Shown here one piece after another: positions 1 to 12,117 of a stretch of 64,000 nucleotides of DNA (its first letter is position 1; every line of letters starts with the position of its first letter). Source of the DNA: Octopus sinensis (Eukaryota); the NCBI RefSeq assembly GCF_006345805.1, contig NC_043014.1, forward strand, positions 49,848,001-49,912,000, written 5' to 3'. Position numbers and translations under genes: made by a program. The notes under the pieces are model-generated. The model saw only the letters and a program-made list of their open reading frames with translations, was not told the DNA's origin and did not search any database.

Positions 1-69
1 TAAAAACGACGAGAGACATCATTGACGTTAGATCTCTCTGCAGTCATTGTTGCTCTGGGACTGAAGTAT

Positions 70-130
70 CACCACCACCACCACCACCATCACCATCACC
101 ACCACCACCACCACCACTACCACTGCTACC
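70..130. repeat. (CAC)n microsatellite
   Basis: Direct reading of the sequence. Confidence 0.95.
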
Positions 131-374
131 TCTATTTATACCCAAAATAAAACAGATCGAACTCACCCCTCCCACTCACGTCGAATGGCAGTTGTATAAT
201 GTAATCAGTCTTTTGAATACAAAAACTAAAGAAATTGTCTGTTGATTTGAATTCTGACTTAATATTATACTTCCTCTCACCTTCCCGTCCCCTTCCCACA
301 GTAGGAGGAATATGGGGCTTTCATGACCTTACTGACAGTCATAGGACTCCTATGTCAGTCAGGCAGGGCATCAA

Positions 375-1095
375 TTAACCCTTTTGTTACAGAATTTATT
401 TTGAGATGCTCTGTGTTTCTTTCAATTAATTTTTATATAACAAAGAATTTAGTAAAATAACTTAGTTGTCATTCAGCTAGTGTTAGGAACATATATTGTG
501 ACTAAGGTTTGGTGGAAGATTTTCATTCACAAGTTTTGAAAACAATACATTTGTACTCAGAGCCAGAGCCAGTTTCAGCCGGGTTGGTAACAAAAAGGTT
601 AAGAATTATTTCTCTATTATATATTTTAACCCTTTCATTACTGTATTTCTGTTGAGATGCTCTGTGTTTCTTTCAATTACTTTAAATATAACAAAGAATT
701 TAGTAAAATAACTTAGTTATCATTAAGCTAGTGTTAGGAACATAAATTGTGACTAAGGTTTGGTGGAAGGTTTTAATTCAAAACTTATGAAAACAAGACA
801 TTTGTACTACAGAGCCAGTTTCAGCCGGGTTGGTATCGAAAGGGTTAAGAATTGTTTCTCTGTTATATATTTTAACCCCTTCGTTACCGTATTTCTGTTG
901 AGATGCTCTGTGTTTCTTTCAATTACTTTAAATATAACAAAGAATTTAGTAAAATAACTTAGTGATCATTCAGCTAGTGTTAGGAACATATATTTGTGAC
1001 TAAGGTTTGGTGGAAGCTTTTATTCAGAACTTTTAAAAACAAGACATTGTACTACAAAGCCAGAGGCAGTTTCAGACAGATTGATATCAAAAGGA
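375..1095. mobile_element. Three tandem copies of a ~225-bp TTAA-flanked (piggyBac-type) MITE
   Basis: Units 375-602, 626-848 and 872-~1095 begin ttaaCCCT and end A(A/G)GGttaa, with terminal inverted repeats. The third right end is degenerate. Confidence 0.8.
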
Positions 1096-1280
1096 TTATA
1101 GCAACATCTTGATGACATCAATAAAAAATGAGTGGGCAGAAAAGGCAAAAATTTGCCACAAGGGCCACTGTGGTCAATAACGAGGCATAACTCTACAATT
1201 GTGTCTCACCCTGGCCCCACCCTGCTGACTTTGTTTCCTCATAAAGGAATATTTTTTTTAATGAAATTTTTTACAAATAT

Positions 1281-1607
1281 TCCAGTGCCGGTGGCACATA
1301 AGAGAACCATCCGAATGTGGCCATTGCCAGTGCCGCCCCGACTGGCCTCCGTGCCAGTGGCACGTAAAAAGCACCATCCGATCGTGGCCGTTTGCCAGCC
1401 TTGTCTGGCACCTGTGCCAGTGGCACGTAAAAAGCACCCACTACACTCATGGAGTGGTTGGCGTTAGGAAGGGCATCCAGCCATAGAAACATTGCCAGAT
1501 CAGACTGGGCCTGGTGCAGCCTTCTGGCTTCCCAGACCCCAGTTGAACCGTCCAACCCATGCCAGCATGGAAAGCGGACGCTAAACGATGATGATGATGA
1601 TGATGAT
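1281..1607 (+). mobile_element. SINE/LINE-tail family C copy
   Basis: Contains ggttggcgttaggaagggcatcc, internal ~50-bp modules and a ggacgctaaac(gat)n tail shared with many copies in the window. Confidence 0.85.
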
Positions 1608-1918
1608 TTTTCAGGTAATATAGATTGTGATTATATTGGAATTTAATGTGAGGTGGGGGGAAAAACGGGGAACGATGAATATTTCACACACCTTGACTTT
1701 AAGTGAACAGTTTTTTAAAAGATGAAATTTTCCAGGGATGCTGGCATGGTCCTTCCTTGATCCCCTGAAAGGATGTTCCAAAGCAAATGTTGTTATAATC
1801 ATTATGTATATCATCCGAAACATTTTTGGCGGAAGATTTTATTAAAAAATATTTTTCAGAGAATTATGATGAAACGAATTTGCTGGGGGTGGGGCACGTG
1901 CTACTGTAGTTTCTCTTT

Positions 1919-2108
1919 CTCTCTTTTACTTGTTTCAGTCATTTGACTGCGCCCATGCTGGAGCACCGCTTTTAGTTGAGCAAATCGACCCCAGGACTTA
2001 TTCTTTGTAAGCCCAGTACTTATTCTACCGGTTTCTTTTTGCCGAACCACTAAGTGACGGGGACATAAACTCGCCAGCATCGGTTGTCAAGCAATGCTAG
2101 GGGAACAA

Positions 2109-2145
<37 letters not shown>

Positions 2146-2310
2146 CGACAGGCTTCTTTCAGTTTCTGTCTACCAAATCCACTCACAAGGCATTGGTCAG
2201 CCCGGGGCTATAGCAGAAGACACTTGCCCAAGATGCCATGCAGTGGGACTGAACCTGGAACCATGTGGTTGGTAAGCAAGCTACTTACCACACAGCCACT
2301 CCTGCACCTA
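1919..2310 (-). mobile_element. tRNA-derived SINE family A with internal (TA)/(TG) microsatellite
   Basis: Head taggtgcaggagtggctgtgtggtaag with B-box-like ggttcagtccc and a gactgaaacaagtaaaagag tail. Many near-identical copies in the window. Confidence 0.9.
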
Positions 2311-2916
2311 TGGCTTATAATTATACTAATTCTCCCCTACTTTGGCATGAGGCGTGAAATTTTGGTGGGGCTAGCAGGGGACAGAGGCTAGTCAATTACA
2401 TTGACTCCAGTGGCTCATTTGGCCCTTGAAAGAATGAAGAGTAAAGTTGAACTTGGTGGGATTTGAACTCGGAATGTAGGTATGGCCATGTGATAAGCTT
2501 GAAACCATGTGTGTGTGTGTGTGTCCCACTTTCACTTAATAACCAGTGTTAGTTTATTTACATCCCTATAACGTAACAGTTCAACAAAAGAGACGAATAT
2601 AATAAGTTATCAGGCTTAAAAAAATAAGCCCTGGAGTCAATTTGTTTGACTAAACCCTCCCAAGTTAAAGATAAAAAGATAATCAGACATTCTGCCATTC
2701 ATCTATTCATTCATTCCTCCATTCATCCATTCATGTTAGTTAGAACGACATTCCAGTATTCCAGTTGACAGAATTAATTGGGAGTAAAAACAAAAAATAT
2801 ATATAAATATATATATAAATGAGAAAAAAAAACTACTTTCATTTTTGTCTTCCCTTCCTCACCACTCACGCACACTCTTCAGATATACTAGTACTAGACA
2901 TATATGTATATGTGTC

Positions 2917-2947
<31 letters not shown>

Positions 2948-3714
2948 CACGACAGGCTTCTTTCAGTTTCTGTCTACCAAATCCACTCACAAGGCATTGG
3001 TCAGCCCGGGGCTATAGCAGAAGACACTTGCCCAAGATGCCATGCAGTGGGACTGAACCTGGAACCATGTGGTTGGTAAGCAAGCTACTTACCACACAGC
3101 CACTCCTGCACCTATGGCTTATAATTATACTAATTCTCCCCTACTTTGGCATGAGGCGTGAAATTTTGGTGGGGCTAGCAGGGGACAGAGGCTAGTCAAT
3201 TACATTGACTCCAGTGGCTCATTTGGCCCTTGAAAGAATGAAGAGTAAAGTTGAACTTGGTGGGATTTGAACTCGGAATGTAGGTATGGCCATGTGATAA
3301 GCTTGAAACCATGTGTGTGTGTGTGTCCCACTTTCACTTAATAACCAGTGTTAGTTTATTTACATCCCTATAACGTAACAGTTCAACAAAAGAGACGAAT
3401 ATAATAAGTTATCAGGCTTAAAAAAATAAGCCCTGGAGTCAATTTGTTTGACTAAACCCTCCCAAGTTAAAGATAAAAAGATAATCAGACATTCTGCCAT
3501 TCATCTATTCATTCATTCCTCCATTCATCCATTCATGTTAGTTAGAACGACATTCCAGTATTCCAGTTGACAGAATTAAATTGGGAGTAAAAACAAAAAA
3601 TATATATAAATATATATATAAATGAGAAAAAAAAAACTACTTTCATTTTTGTCTTCCCTTCCTCACCACTCACGCACACTCTTCAGATATACTAGTACTA
3701 GACATATATGTATA

Positions 3715-3750
<36 letters not shown>
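2128..3750. repeat. ~803-bp tandem duplication with breakpoints in (TA)n tracts
   Basis: cgacaggcttc at 2146 and 2950. Track ORFs at 2819 and 3622 start identically. The copies are near-identical. Confidence 0.95.
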
Positions 3751-3759
<9 letters not shown>

Positions 3760-3989
3760 GTATATATATATATAGGCACACACTCACACACAGATGTATG
3801 TATGCACATTAAACAATACAGCTCTGTGGCTAGGTTATATTTTTAAAATTACTTCCATACTCACAATGGGTTTGCTTTGATAACACTTACATTAACGGAT
3901 GTTGACTATTTTTACTTATTTCTATAGAAATGAGTAAAACGGTGACTGGCCAGCAATGCTATGAACATATTTAATGTGCAATGTCGGTC

Positions 3990-4830
3990 TACCAATATCT
4001 AGCAGTGACATGTTTTAGTGTCAGAAGGCACTATCATGCTAGTGTGCTCTTGTGTCACATGACTAGTACTATAGGGGCACATTGTGTTTTTAGGGCCCAG
4101 TGTTGTCTGTTTAGTATTATAAGGGCAACTGTTTTGTATGTGAAGGGCTCAGTGTCATGTTATTACTATTGTAGGGTTTGGTGTCATGTTTAGTATTATA
4201 GGGGTACATTGTGTTTTTAGGGCCCAGTGTTGTCTGCTTAGCGTAATAAGGGCAACTGTTTTGTAAGAGAAGGGCTCAGTGTCATGTTATTTCTATTGTA
4301 GGGGCACATGTTGTATTTGTGGGGTGTTATTCCAAATCATTTGTACTATTTGTAGGGTTTGGTGTCATGTTTAGTATTATAGGGACCCATTGTGTTTTTA
4401 GGGCCCAGTGTTGTCTGCTTAGTATTATAAGGGCAACTGTTTTGTATGTGAAGGGATCAGTGTCATGTTATTATTATTTGTAGGGTTTGGTGTCATGTTT
4501 AGTATTATAGGGGTACATTGGGTTTTTAGGGCCCAGTGTTGTCTGCTTAGTATTATAAGGGCAACTGTTTTGTATGTGAAGGGTTCAGTGTCATGTTATT
4601 ACTATTGTAGGGGCACATTATGTTGTATTTGTGGGGCATTATTCCAAATGACTAGTACTATTTGTAGGGTTTGGTGTCGTGTTTAATATTATAGGGACCC
4701 ATTGTGTTACATTTGTGGGACTCAGTGTTGTGTGTTTAGTATTACGAGGGCATGCTATGCGATATTTGAAGGGCGCTATTCCATATCATTGCTATTGCCA
4801 GGGCATGAGATTAGTATTATAGGGACACAT
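3990..4830. repeat. Complex tandem repeat with alternating ~127 and ~182 bp units
   Basis: The tatagg(g/a)...cattgtgttt motif recurs near 4068, 4195, 4376, 4504 and 4687. Confidence 0.85.
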
Positions 4831-5024
4831 TCTAAATAGACCCAACTAAATACAAGCCAACAAGAGACCCTTTATGCAGTCACTCAACCTTTTTCTCTCC
4901 TCAAAACAAAGGGACCCATTTGACAATGTAGTTTGAAATACATAAGGTTTACAACAAATAAAAATAAATGAAGGCAGAGTGACTGGGGCTGGAATGCCTT
5001 TGATCCTTTGAATACGGCAAAAAT

Positions 5025-5414
5025 GGATGATGGAAGCACTCCGTCGGTTACGACGACGAGGGTTCCGGTTGATCCGATCAACGGAACAGCCTGCTCGTGA
5101 AATTAACGTGTAAGTGGCTGAGCACTCCACAGACACGTGTACCCTTAACGTAGTTCTCAGGGATATTCAGCATGACACAGAGAGTGACAAGGCCGGCCCT
5201 TTGAAATACTGGTACAACAGAAACAGGAAGTAAGAGTGAGAGAAAGTTGTGGTGAAAGAGTACAGCAGGGATCACCACCATCCCTGCTGGAGCCTCGTGG
5301 AGCTTTAGGTGTTTTCGCTCAATAAACACTCACAACGCCCGGTCTGGGAATCGAAACCACGATCCTACGACCGCGAGTCCGCTGCCCTAACCACTGGGCC
5401 ATTGCGCCTCCACA
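5025..5414 (-). mobile_element. tRNA-derived SINE family D, full length
   Basis: Head tgtggaggcgcaatggcccagtggttagggcagcggactcgcgg. 11-bp TSD acggcaaaaat at 5014-5024 and 5415-5425. Confidence 0.92.
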
Positions 5415-5588
5415 ACGGCAAAAATAACATTGATCATACATGGTGGGTGGTATGAACTTGTTGTTGTGAGTGGTTTACAGATTGGGATATGAATTCCAAG
5501 GGAGCTTTCCTAAGGATGATTACAAGTCCTTTGGTATGTGTTTTCATCCTCATCAAATGTTCATGTTCCATATTGGCAGAGGTTAGAT

Positions 5589-6155
5589 CAGTGATTCTCA
5601 ACCGTTTTTGTACCTATAGATCCCTTTGATTCCTATTTTCCGCAGATGGGCTCGTGGACATATTTACAAAGTCAGAAAACAGCACAGCTCCCATGACTTT
5701 CGGAAACATTTTTTCACGCTAAGAGTTGCTGAAGCATCGAACAAACTGCCGACATCAGTTGCTAGTTGTCGGAGCACTGCATCCTTCAAAACTTCCATGC
5801 TTTCTGAGATTCGCCAACACTACACCTGATTTTCTCCCCTCCATACACACGCAAGCATGTATCTGACTCATACATTGTTCACTTCCCAGACATTTATACA
5901 TTACTGCATATGCTTTATACGCACTTTCTGACAAGTTGTGGTGCACCTGAGCACTGTATACAATAATTTCATTATTATAAGCACTTGATGTTTAAAAAAG
6001 ATCCTATCATGTAACTGAATATTATTAGAAATTGTATTAAAAAAAATTGTTTTGTGTATAGTAGTAGTATAACTAATTTTACTGCGAATAAATTTTTACA
6101 AAAAAATCTTATACGGACCCCTAAGGACCATGTGGATCCTGGCTAAGAACCACTG
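5589..6155. mobile_element. hAT-type MITE interrupted by a CR1-type fragment
   Basis: Termini cagtgattctcaacc and gctaagaaccactg. 8-bp TSD ggttagat/ggttagac at 5581-5588 and 6156-6163. Confidence 0.85.
5641..5978 (+). mobile_element. CR1/L2-group LINE 3' end (ORF2 C-terminus plus 3' UTR)
   Basis: RGHIYKVRKQHSSHDFRKHFFTLRVAEASNKLP resembles the CR1-type RGH..K...R..FF..RV...WN.LP terminus. Ends in a (ATT)n-like tail. Confidence 0.85.
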
Positions 6156-6771
6156 GGTTAGACGGTTTAACAGGATCTGATAGGTCCAAGGATTGTGTCA
6201 TGTTCCTGTATCTACTTTGGCATGGTTTCTAGGGTTGGATGCTCTCATAATGCCAACCACTTTATAGAATGTACCGGTTGCCCTTTTTCGTGCTATCAGT
6301 AATGTGAGATTGCCATGCAGCTTGTGAGCCTATGAATCCCAAGAGTGGTTGCTTTATGCTAGAAGATCAGGGTTTAATATATGAGAAGAGGGATCTGAGC
6401 AGAAGAAGGGCAGCATGGTTATTCACATTTTAAAGGAGAGGACGGCGATGATTGATGTGGAGCTGGAAAGAAGATAGAAAATGATGTTGGTAAAGTTAGG
6501 TTTCAGGATGTACCCTCAAGATATAAGATGAGTAGAAGCGAGCGAGGACAGAAGAACCAGGAATCTGTGGGGAGTGAAGGGCAGAGAGTAAAGGGTCTTT
6601 TCTTGCCAGCCCCCTTCATCATCATCATCATCATTTCTTCCTTCTTGGAATAGTCCATAGTGTAAGTGATGTTGTGTACTCAAATTGGGCCGGTCCACTT
6701 TGACCAGTGAGCCCTGTCTGTCACACACACACTTCACTAAGTCTACTGTTACATTCAGTCTGGGTCATCAT

Positions 6772-7236
6772 TAACCCTTTTGTTACCAACCCGGCTGAAA
6801 CCGGCTCTGTGATACAAATGTCTTGTTTTCATAAGTTTGAACGGCAGTTTTTAAAAATAATTTCCACATAACTAAACACTTTTAAGCTTCGTATACTGGT
6901 AGAATGTGTTTATAAAACATCTTTTTCTCTTGGCTTTATTGAGAAAATTCTATACCTTGTAAGATATTTGTTGGGTTTTTTTTCTTCGATTTCTGCAATT
7001 TCAACCAATCACTGACGTCTATTGAGATAAAAAAAAAAACATTTTGTGCCGTATGAATATGTCCCTCGTTTAAGAAACAGATTGGGTTTATTTACATTTG
7101 TGAAGAAAAAAAGATACCCTTCCCCCCACCCCTAAAACAGATTGAAATGCAATAGATCGATACTAGGGTCATAATTATGGGTGACAATTTCATATGACAC
7201 CGCTAGAAAAAACTGCCGTTCAAACCGAAAACATCC
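6772..7236. mobile_element. Chimera of a TTAA-MITE end (6772-6835) and a 5'-truncated GGATC-TIR MITE (6836-7236)
   Basis: The left part is the reverse complement of the 375-1095 MITE end. The right part matches the 55813 and 60490 elements. Confidence 0.8.
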
Positions 7237-7359
7237 CAAGATTACATTATCGATCGTGGGATCGTGTCCTTCCTTTTTTAGACAATAGGATGTGATAGGA
7301 GAGAGAGGTCCCGCTGCTATTTCTAGCAGGTCATCTGGGTACTTAAAGGCTCCCTTATT

Positions 7360-8230
7360 GAATCGTGAGGTCCGGTGTTTTGTACGCAACTTGTCTTATT
7401 TTTACTTCTACGTCTAAATAGTTCCGGGCGCTGCTTACTCGGAGGCGGGGCCTGTCCCGACAAATTAGCCGTGGGCTTTTTTAGATGTCTGTGTTTATAT
7501 TGACCTCTTTCGTTTCTAACAACTTCAAAAAAAACAGAAACATCCTGTTCAGACGCTTTTTTTTTTATCAAATCACCATTCTGATTTGAATGACAACATT
7601 TGTCGCCTCTCTCTCTATCTCTATCTCTGTCTCTCATAAATGGATTTCGATCTGTGTGTCTGTGTGTGTCTATTTTTATTTGCTTGTTTTGCTTTTTTCA
7701 CGTTGAGCCGATTTAATAATTCATCTATTGACATGTAAGGAAGGAGAAAGGAATTTTTTTTTTTTTCCTCCATAAATATTCTCTCGTCTCCATGACATCA
7801 TGGGATGAACTGTCAAGGGAGACAACTGTGTATGTGTGATGTCCTGGATTCCAGAATGGCTCGATCGATCGCTGAAATATTGTAATATTAAATACAATTC
7901 TCTTCCATGTTTCTCACACCAGACACATTCATCTTGAAGCATTTTTTCTGGCGTAGAACGATTAAAAAAAAAATTAAATTTCGCTTTCTTTTCGTCGATT
8001 TTCCTTCTCTACATTCTGATGTCGCCGTTGCTAATTTATGTTGCACGTTAGCGCCATCTGTCGACCTTGACCTGTGTTTAGTTTCACTAAAAATCGGTCG
8101 CCTTGATTCCAAAATGTAATTAAGAATCATGAAAGCGCCAACGTGGTCACTTAGGACTTCCCTTTTTCTTTCATTATAACATTTCATATTCACCTTCTCC
8201 CATTCCTGCATATAAAGAAAATGGATCCTT
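7360..8230. promoter_or_regulatory. CpG-retaining non-repetitive stretch with promoter-like motifs (tentative)
   Basis: GC box gaggcggggcc at ~7442, YY1-like cgccatct at 8052 and cgaccttgacct at 8062. Many intact CpGs. No transcript evidence. Confidence 0.3.
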
Positions 8231-8630
8231 GATGTGACGACAACGTGGGTGCTCGACCTGCTAGAAACAACAGCCAAATCTCTGCCCACTACGACTACCG
8301 CCCGTCATACTTTGATTTTAGAAAAATTGAAGTATACGTTGGCTACTATAATATTGAATACATTGTCTGAAAATAAGATAGGGTGGTCATGTGTGGAACA
8401 CTTTTAATTATGAGTATATCAGAACAGAGTTAATCTAGGGAACAACTTTGCCTTTCATCATTATCGTTTTAACGTCCATTTTTCCATGCTTGCATGGCTC
8501 CGACGGAATAATAATAATAATAATAAAAAAGTACCAATTCAAAACAGTGAGTTGGTTGAACTGTAAGAACATTGGACTCCAGGTGTCTTTTGGTGTATGT
8601 TCCTGGCTGATTGCATTCCAAGTTCAAATC

Positions 8631-8857
8631 CTATTTCTTTATTACCCACAAGGGGCTAAACATAGAGGGAACAAACAAGGACAGACAAACGGATTAAGTC
8701 GATTACATCGACCTCAGTGTGTAACTGGTACTTAATTTATCGACCCCGAAAGGATGACAGGCAAAGTCGACCTCAGCGGAATTTGAACTCAGAACATAAC
8801 GGCAGACGAAATACCGCTAAGCATTTCGCCCGGCGTGCTAACGTTTCTGCCAGCTCA
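8631..8857 (-). mobile_element. tRNA-derived SINE family B
   Basis: Reverse complement of gagctggcagaaacgttagcacgccgggcg...gcctgtcatcctttcggggtcgataaattaagtacc...aataaagaaata. Confidence 0.9.
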
Positions 8858-9730
8858 CAGCCAGCTCCCTCCTGTCGTTGTTGGAGCCCCTATAAAGGGC
8901 CATTAGCACTGTCTCTTTCCTAAATAAAAGATAATATATATTTTTTTTTTAAATTCTATCCCTCAAAGATGTGTGTTCTTCATTCTTGCAATATGTCCAG
9001 ATTGACATTACTCCATCTTCAAGAGCAACGTGGTCCACAAAGCTGGTAATATGCCATTTGGTGGCAAAGAAAATACCATGTCAAGGCTCTTAGAATCAGT
9101 TATTTCTGTAGAAACAACTTTGGTGTTTGTATTTATTGTTATTATAATTGTTAGCCCCAGCTTGGGCCTAATTCAGTATACCTATGATCAGAGGTTTTCT
9201 AGTTGTGACTGTCCTTTCTTTTTGAATACTTGGTACCACAATGTCCAAGATGTGCATCCACTATAAGGCAGTGCTCTAGCATGGTCACAGCCCTATGACT
9301 GAAACCATCAAAAGAATAAAAGTAATAGCTGGATGTGGTTTGAGGAAGATTTGTCTGCTGTTTCCAACATGTTGACACCTGCATAAAACTCCCTTTCTCG
9401 CAGACACAATTCCATGATCTTTGTATTAATACACAAACAAAAAAAACAAAAAAATAGTTGATTATATTGACTAATGTCAATATAATCAACAAGCCCCGTC
9501 TCACCAAGATTTCAAACCTTTTGCCAATAGTAGAATTGATAGCAGACCAGGCAAAATGCTTAGACGCATTTCAACCATTTTAACATTCTGAGTTCAAATC
9601 CCACTGAAGTCAAATTTGCCTTTCATCCATTCAGGATCAATAAATTGAGTACCAGTTGAGTACTGGGGTCGATGTAATCAACTAACAGCCTCCCCCTAAA
9701 TTTCAGGTCTTGTGCCTATAATAGGAAAGA

Positions 9731-10062
9731 TTGTTGTTATTATTATTATTATTATTATCATTCAGTAGTTTTATTTTTATAGCGTGCTTTCACTTCACTA
9801 CCAAGCGCAGCTCTGTGTACCTTGGGTATGTGCTGTGATTTGTTGTGATGCTCTGATTGTTATTGTATGGAAAGTTTTCTATGTAGGATGTGTGCAGTGC
9901 CCAGCAGTGCAATTTTCTGTATGTTATATGTGTTTGTAAGTCCTGGTGTTTTTGTTATGTATTTCTCTGAATATTTTTTTATCATGCCTAATGCACCTAC
10001 TATGATAAGGATTGTTTCTGTTTTTAGATTCCACATTCTAGTTACCTCTATTTCCAGGTCGA
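9731..10062 (-). mobile_element. 3' end of a restriction-like-endonuclease (R4/Dong/NeSL-type) non-LTR retrotransposon
   Basis: Minus strand reads DLEIEVTRMWNLKTETILIIVGALGMIKKYSEKYITKTPGLTNTYNIQKIALLGTAHILHRKLSIQ* (stop at 9860-9862), followed by an (AAT)n tail. Confidence 0.8.
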
Positions 10063-10315
10063 CCGGAGTCTGGGAAGCCAGGAGGCTGCACCAGGCTCCA
10101 GTCTGATCTGGCAGTGTTTCTATGGCTGGATGCCCTTCCTAACGCCAATCACTCCGTGAGTGTAGTGGGTGCTTTTTATGTGCCACCGGCACAGGTGCCA
10201 GACAAGGCTGGCAAACGGCCACGATTGGATGGTGCCTTTTATGTGCCACTGGCACGGGGGTCAGGCGAGGCTGGCAAACGGCCACGATCGAATGGTGCTT
10301 TTTACGTGCCACGAA
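10063..10315 (-). mobile_element. Family C copy (partial)
   Basis: ggatgcccttcctaacgccaa core plus internal modules. Confidence 0.85.
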
Positions 10316-10429
10316 ATTATTAAAGGCAAAATCAACCTCTGTGGGATTTGAACTCAGAACATAAAGATTGATTAGCTGCTTAGTATTTTGCCTGGTGTGC
10401 TAATGATTCAGCTAGTTTGCTGCCTTTAT

Positions 10430-11620
10430 GTCCATTTTTGCCTAATATGTCCATTATTTACTGCAGTTGGTGCATCTGGTAGCTCATCTGATTTTTAATG
10501 TGTTGTTGATACAGTGTCAGTTTCTGCACAACACAACAATCGGGAATTGCTCTGCTGACAGGTGAACCTTTGTACCTTGTTGACAGCCTTATACCTATTT
10601 GATGTGGAGGCGCAATAGCCCTGTGGTTAGGGCAGCGGACTCGCGGTCATAGGATCGCGGTTTCGATTCCCAGACTGGGCGTTGTGAGTGTTTATTGAGC
10701 GAAAACACCTAAAGCTCTACGAGGCTCCGGCAGGGGATGGTGGTGATCCCTGCTGTACTCTTTCACCACAACTTTCTCTCACTCTTACTTCCTGTTTCTG
10801 TTGTACCTGTATTTCAAAGGGCCGGCCTTGTCGCTCTCTGTGTCACATTGAATATCCCCGAGAGCTATGTTAAGGGTACACGTGTCTGTGGAGTGCTCAG
10901 CCACTTACACGTTAATTTCACGAGCAGGCTGTTCCGTTGATTCGGATCAACCGGAACCCTCATCGTCGTAACCGACGGAGTGCTTCCATCCCATACCTAT
11001 TTGTTACAGCAGTTGAATTTTGAGCTTCCTTATAGCCTTTTCAGCTGACTGTGCTGATCCAACTCTGCCTCCGGGCTACTGTTGTCAGAAATGGTACAGC
11101 CTAAATATGTAAATTTCCTTGTCAAACATAGGGGCTGATTAGTGAAAGTAGTGGTTGCAGATTCACACTCCAGTGCACTGAGTGGAGGTTGGAACTAAAC
11201 TTCAGTTTTTTTGTTGTTTTTTTTTTTCTCCCTCTCTTCACTTTATTGATGGGTAGAAAGCTGTGTCTGCACATTGAAAAAAGGGTATGTAGTTGTCTGA
11301 ATATCTTCCAACCGATGAAGTATTCACAATGAGTCATCAGTGAAAAGAAGTTTGCAAATGCTCCTATCATGGTACTTTATGGCAGATCTTTGCCTAGATA
11401 GGTTCAACAACTCACCACCTTCCTTCTTTAGCAGCTCATTGCCATGATTTCAAATATGGTACCCAGAGGGAAAGCAAATAGTGCTGGAACTTGTACACAA
11501 TCCTGCTTTACACCATGGCAGACCGGAGAGGAGGCTGAGCTGTCACTCCCAAGAAAGATTGCGGAAAACGAACCTTCTTGGAGCTGTCTGGATACCTATA
11601 TCTTTTGAGTAAGGTCCATA
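10430..11620 (-). mobile_element. Degenerate RTE-clade LINE reverse-transcriptase fragment, split by a SINE D
   Basis: Minus-strand frames give GVKQDCVQVPALF, KLLFTDD, KFTYLGCTIS and LLCCAET.TLYQQHIK, matching RTE RT motifs with frameshifts and stops. Confidence 0.85.
10602..10992 (+). mobile_element. SINE family D, full length, inserted in the RTE fragment
   Basis: 11-bp TSD atacctatttg at 10591-10601 and 10993-11003. Near-identical to 5025-5414. Confidence 0.92.
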
Positions 11621-11741
11621 AGCCCTTTCATCCCACACTATCAAGACCCTTCATACAATTGTAAAAATTACGCGCACACATGCGCATGCATATATATATA
11701 TATATATATATACATACGCATATACACACACATATACATAC

Positions 11742-11778
<37 letters not shown>

Positions 11779-12117
11779 TATATAAATACATACATATATA
11801 TACATACACACACATATATATACACACACACACACACACACAGACGTATGGATAAGAATACAGTTTCCCTACAGGTTATTAATTATAATTTGTTTATCAC
11901 TTACACCAGCAAATGCCAGTATTTCTAGGATATGAAAAGATGAAACAATCTAATGGCTGGGTTTTGATTTTATGTGGCTGTGTGTGTGTCTGTCTATCAT
12001 CTATCAGTCAATAGTGTCTGTTTAGATATGTCTGTCTATCCTTCTTTCTGGCATTCAGTCTGTATATATGTGTGTGTATATATATAATAATATATATAGA
12101 TGTGTGTGTGTGTATAT

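Noticed and set aside
5025-5414. tRNA-like heads of SINE families A, B, D and E as tRNA genes
   Set aside because: No complete cloverleaf; they continue into SINE bodies and have TSDs.
7721-8289. Minus-strand ORFs of 73 and 133 aa in the CpG-rich region
   Set aside because: No recognisable protein similarity, and they run through homopolymer tracts and a family H repeat.
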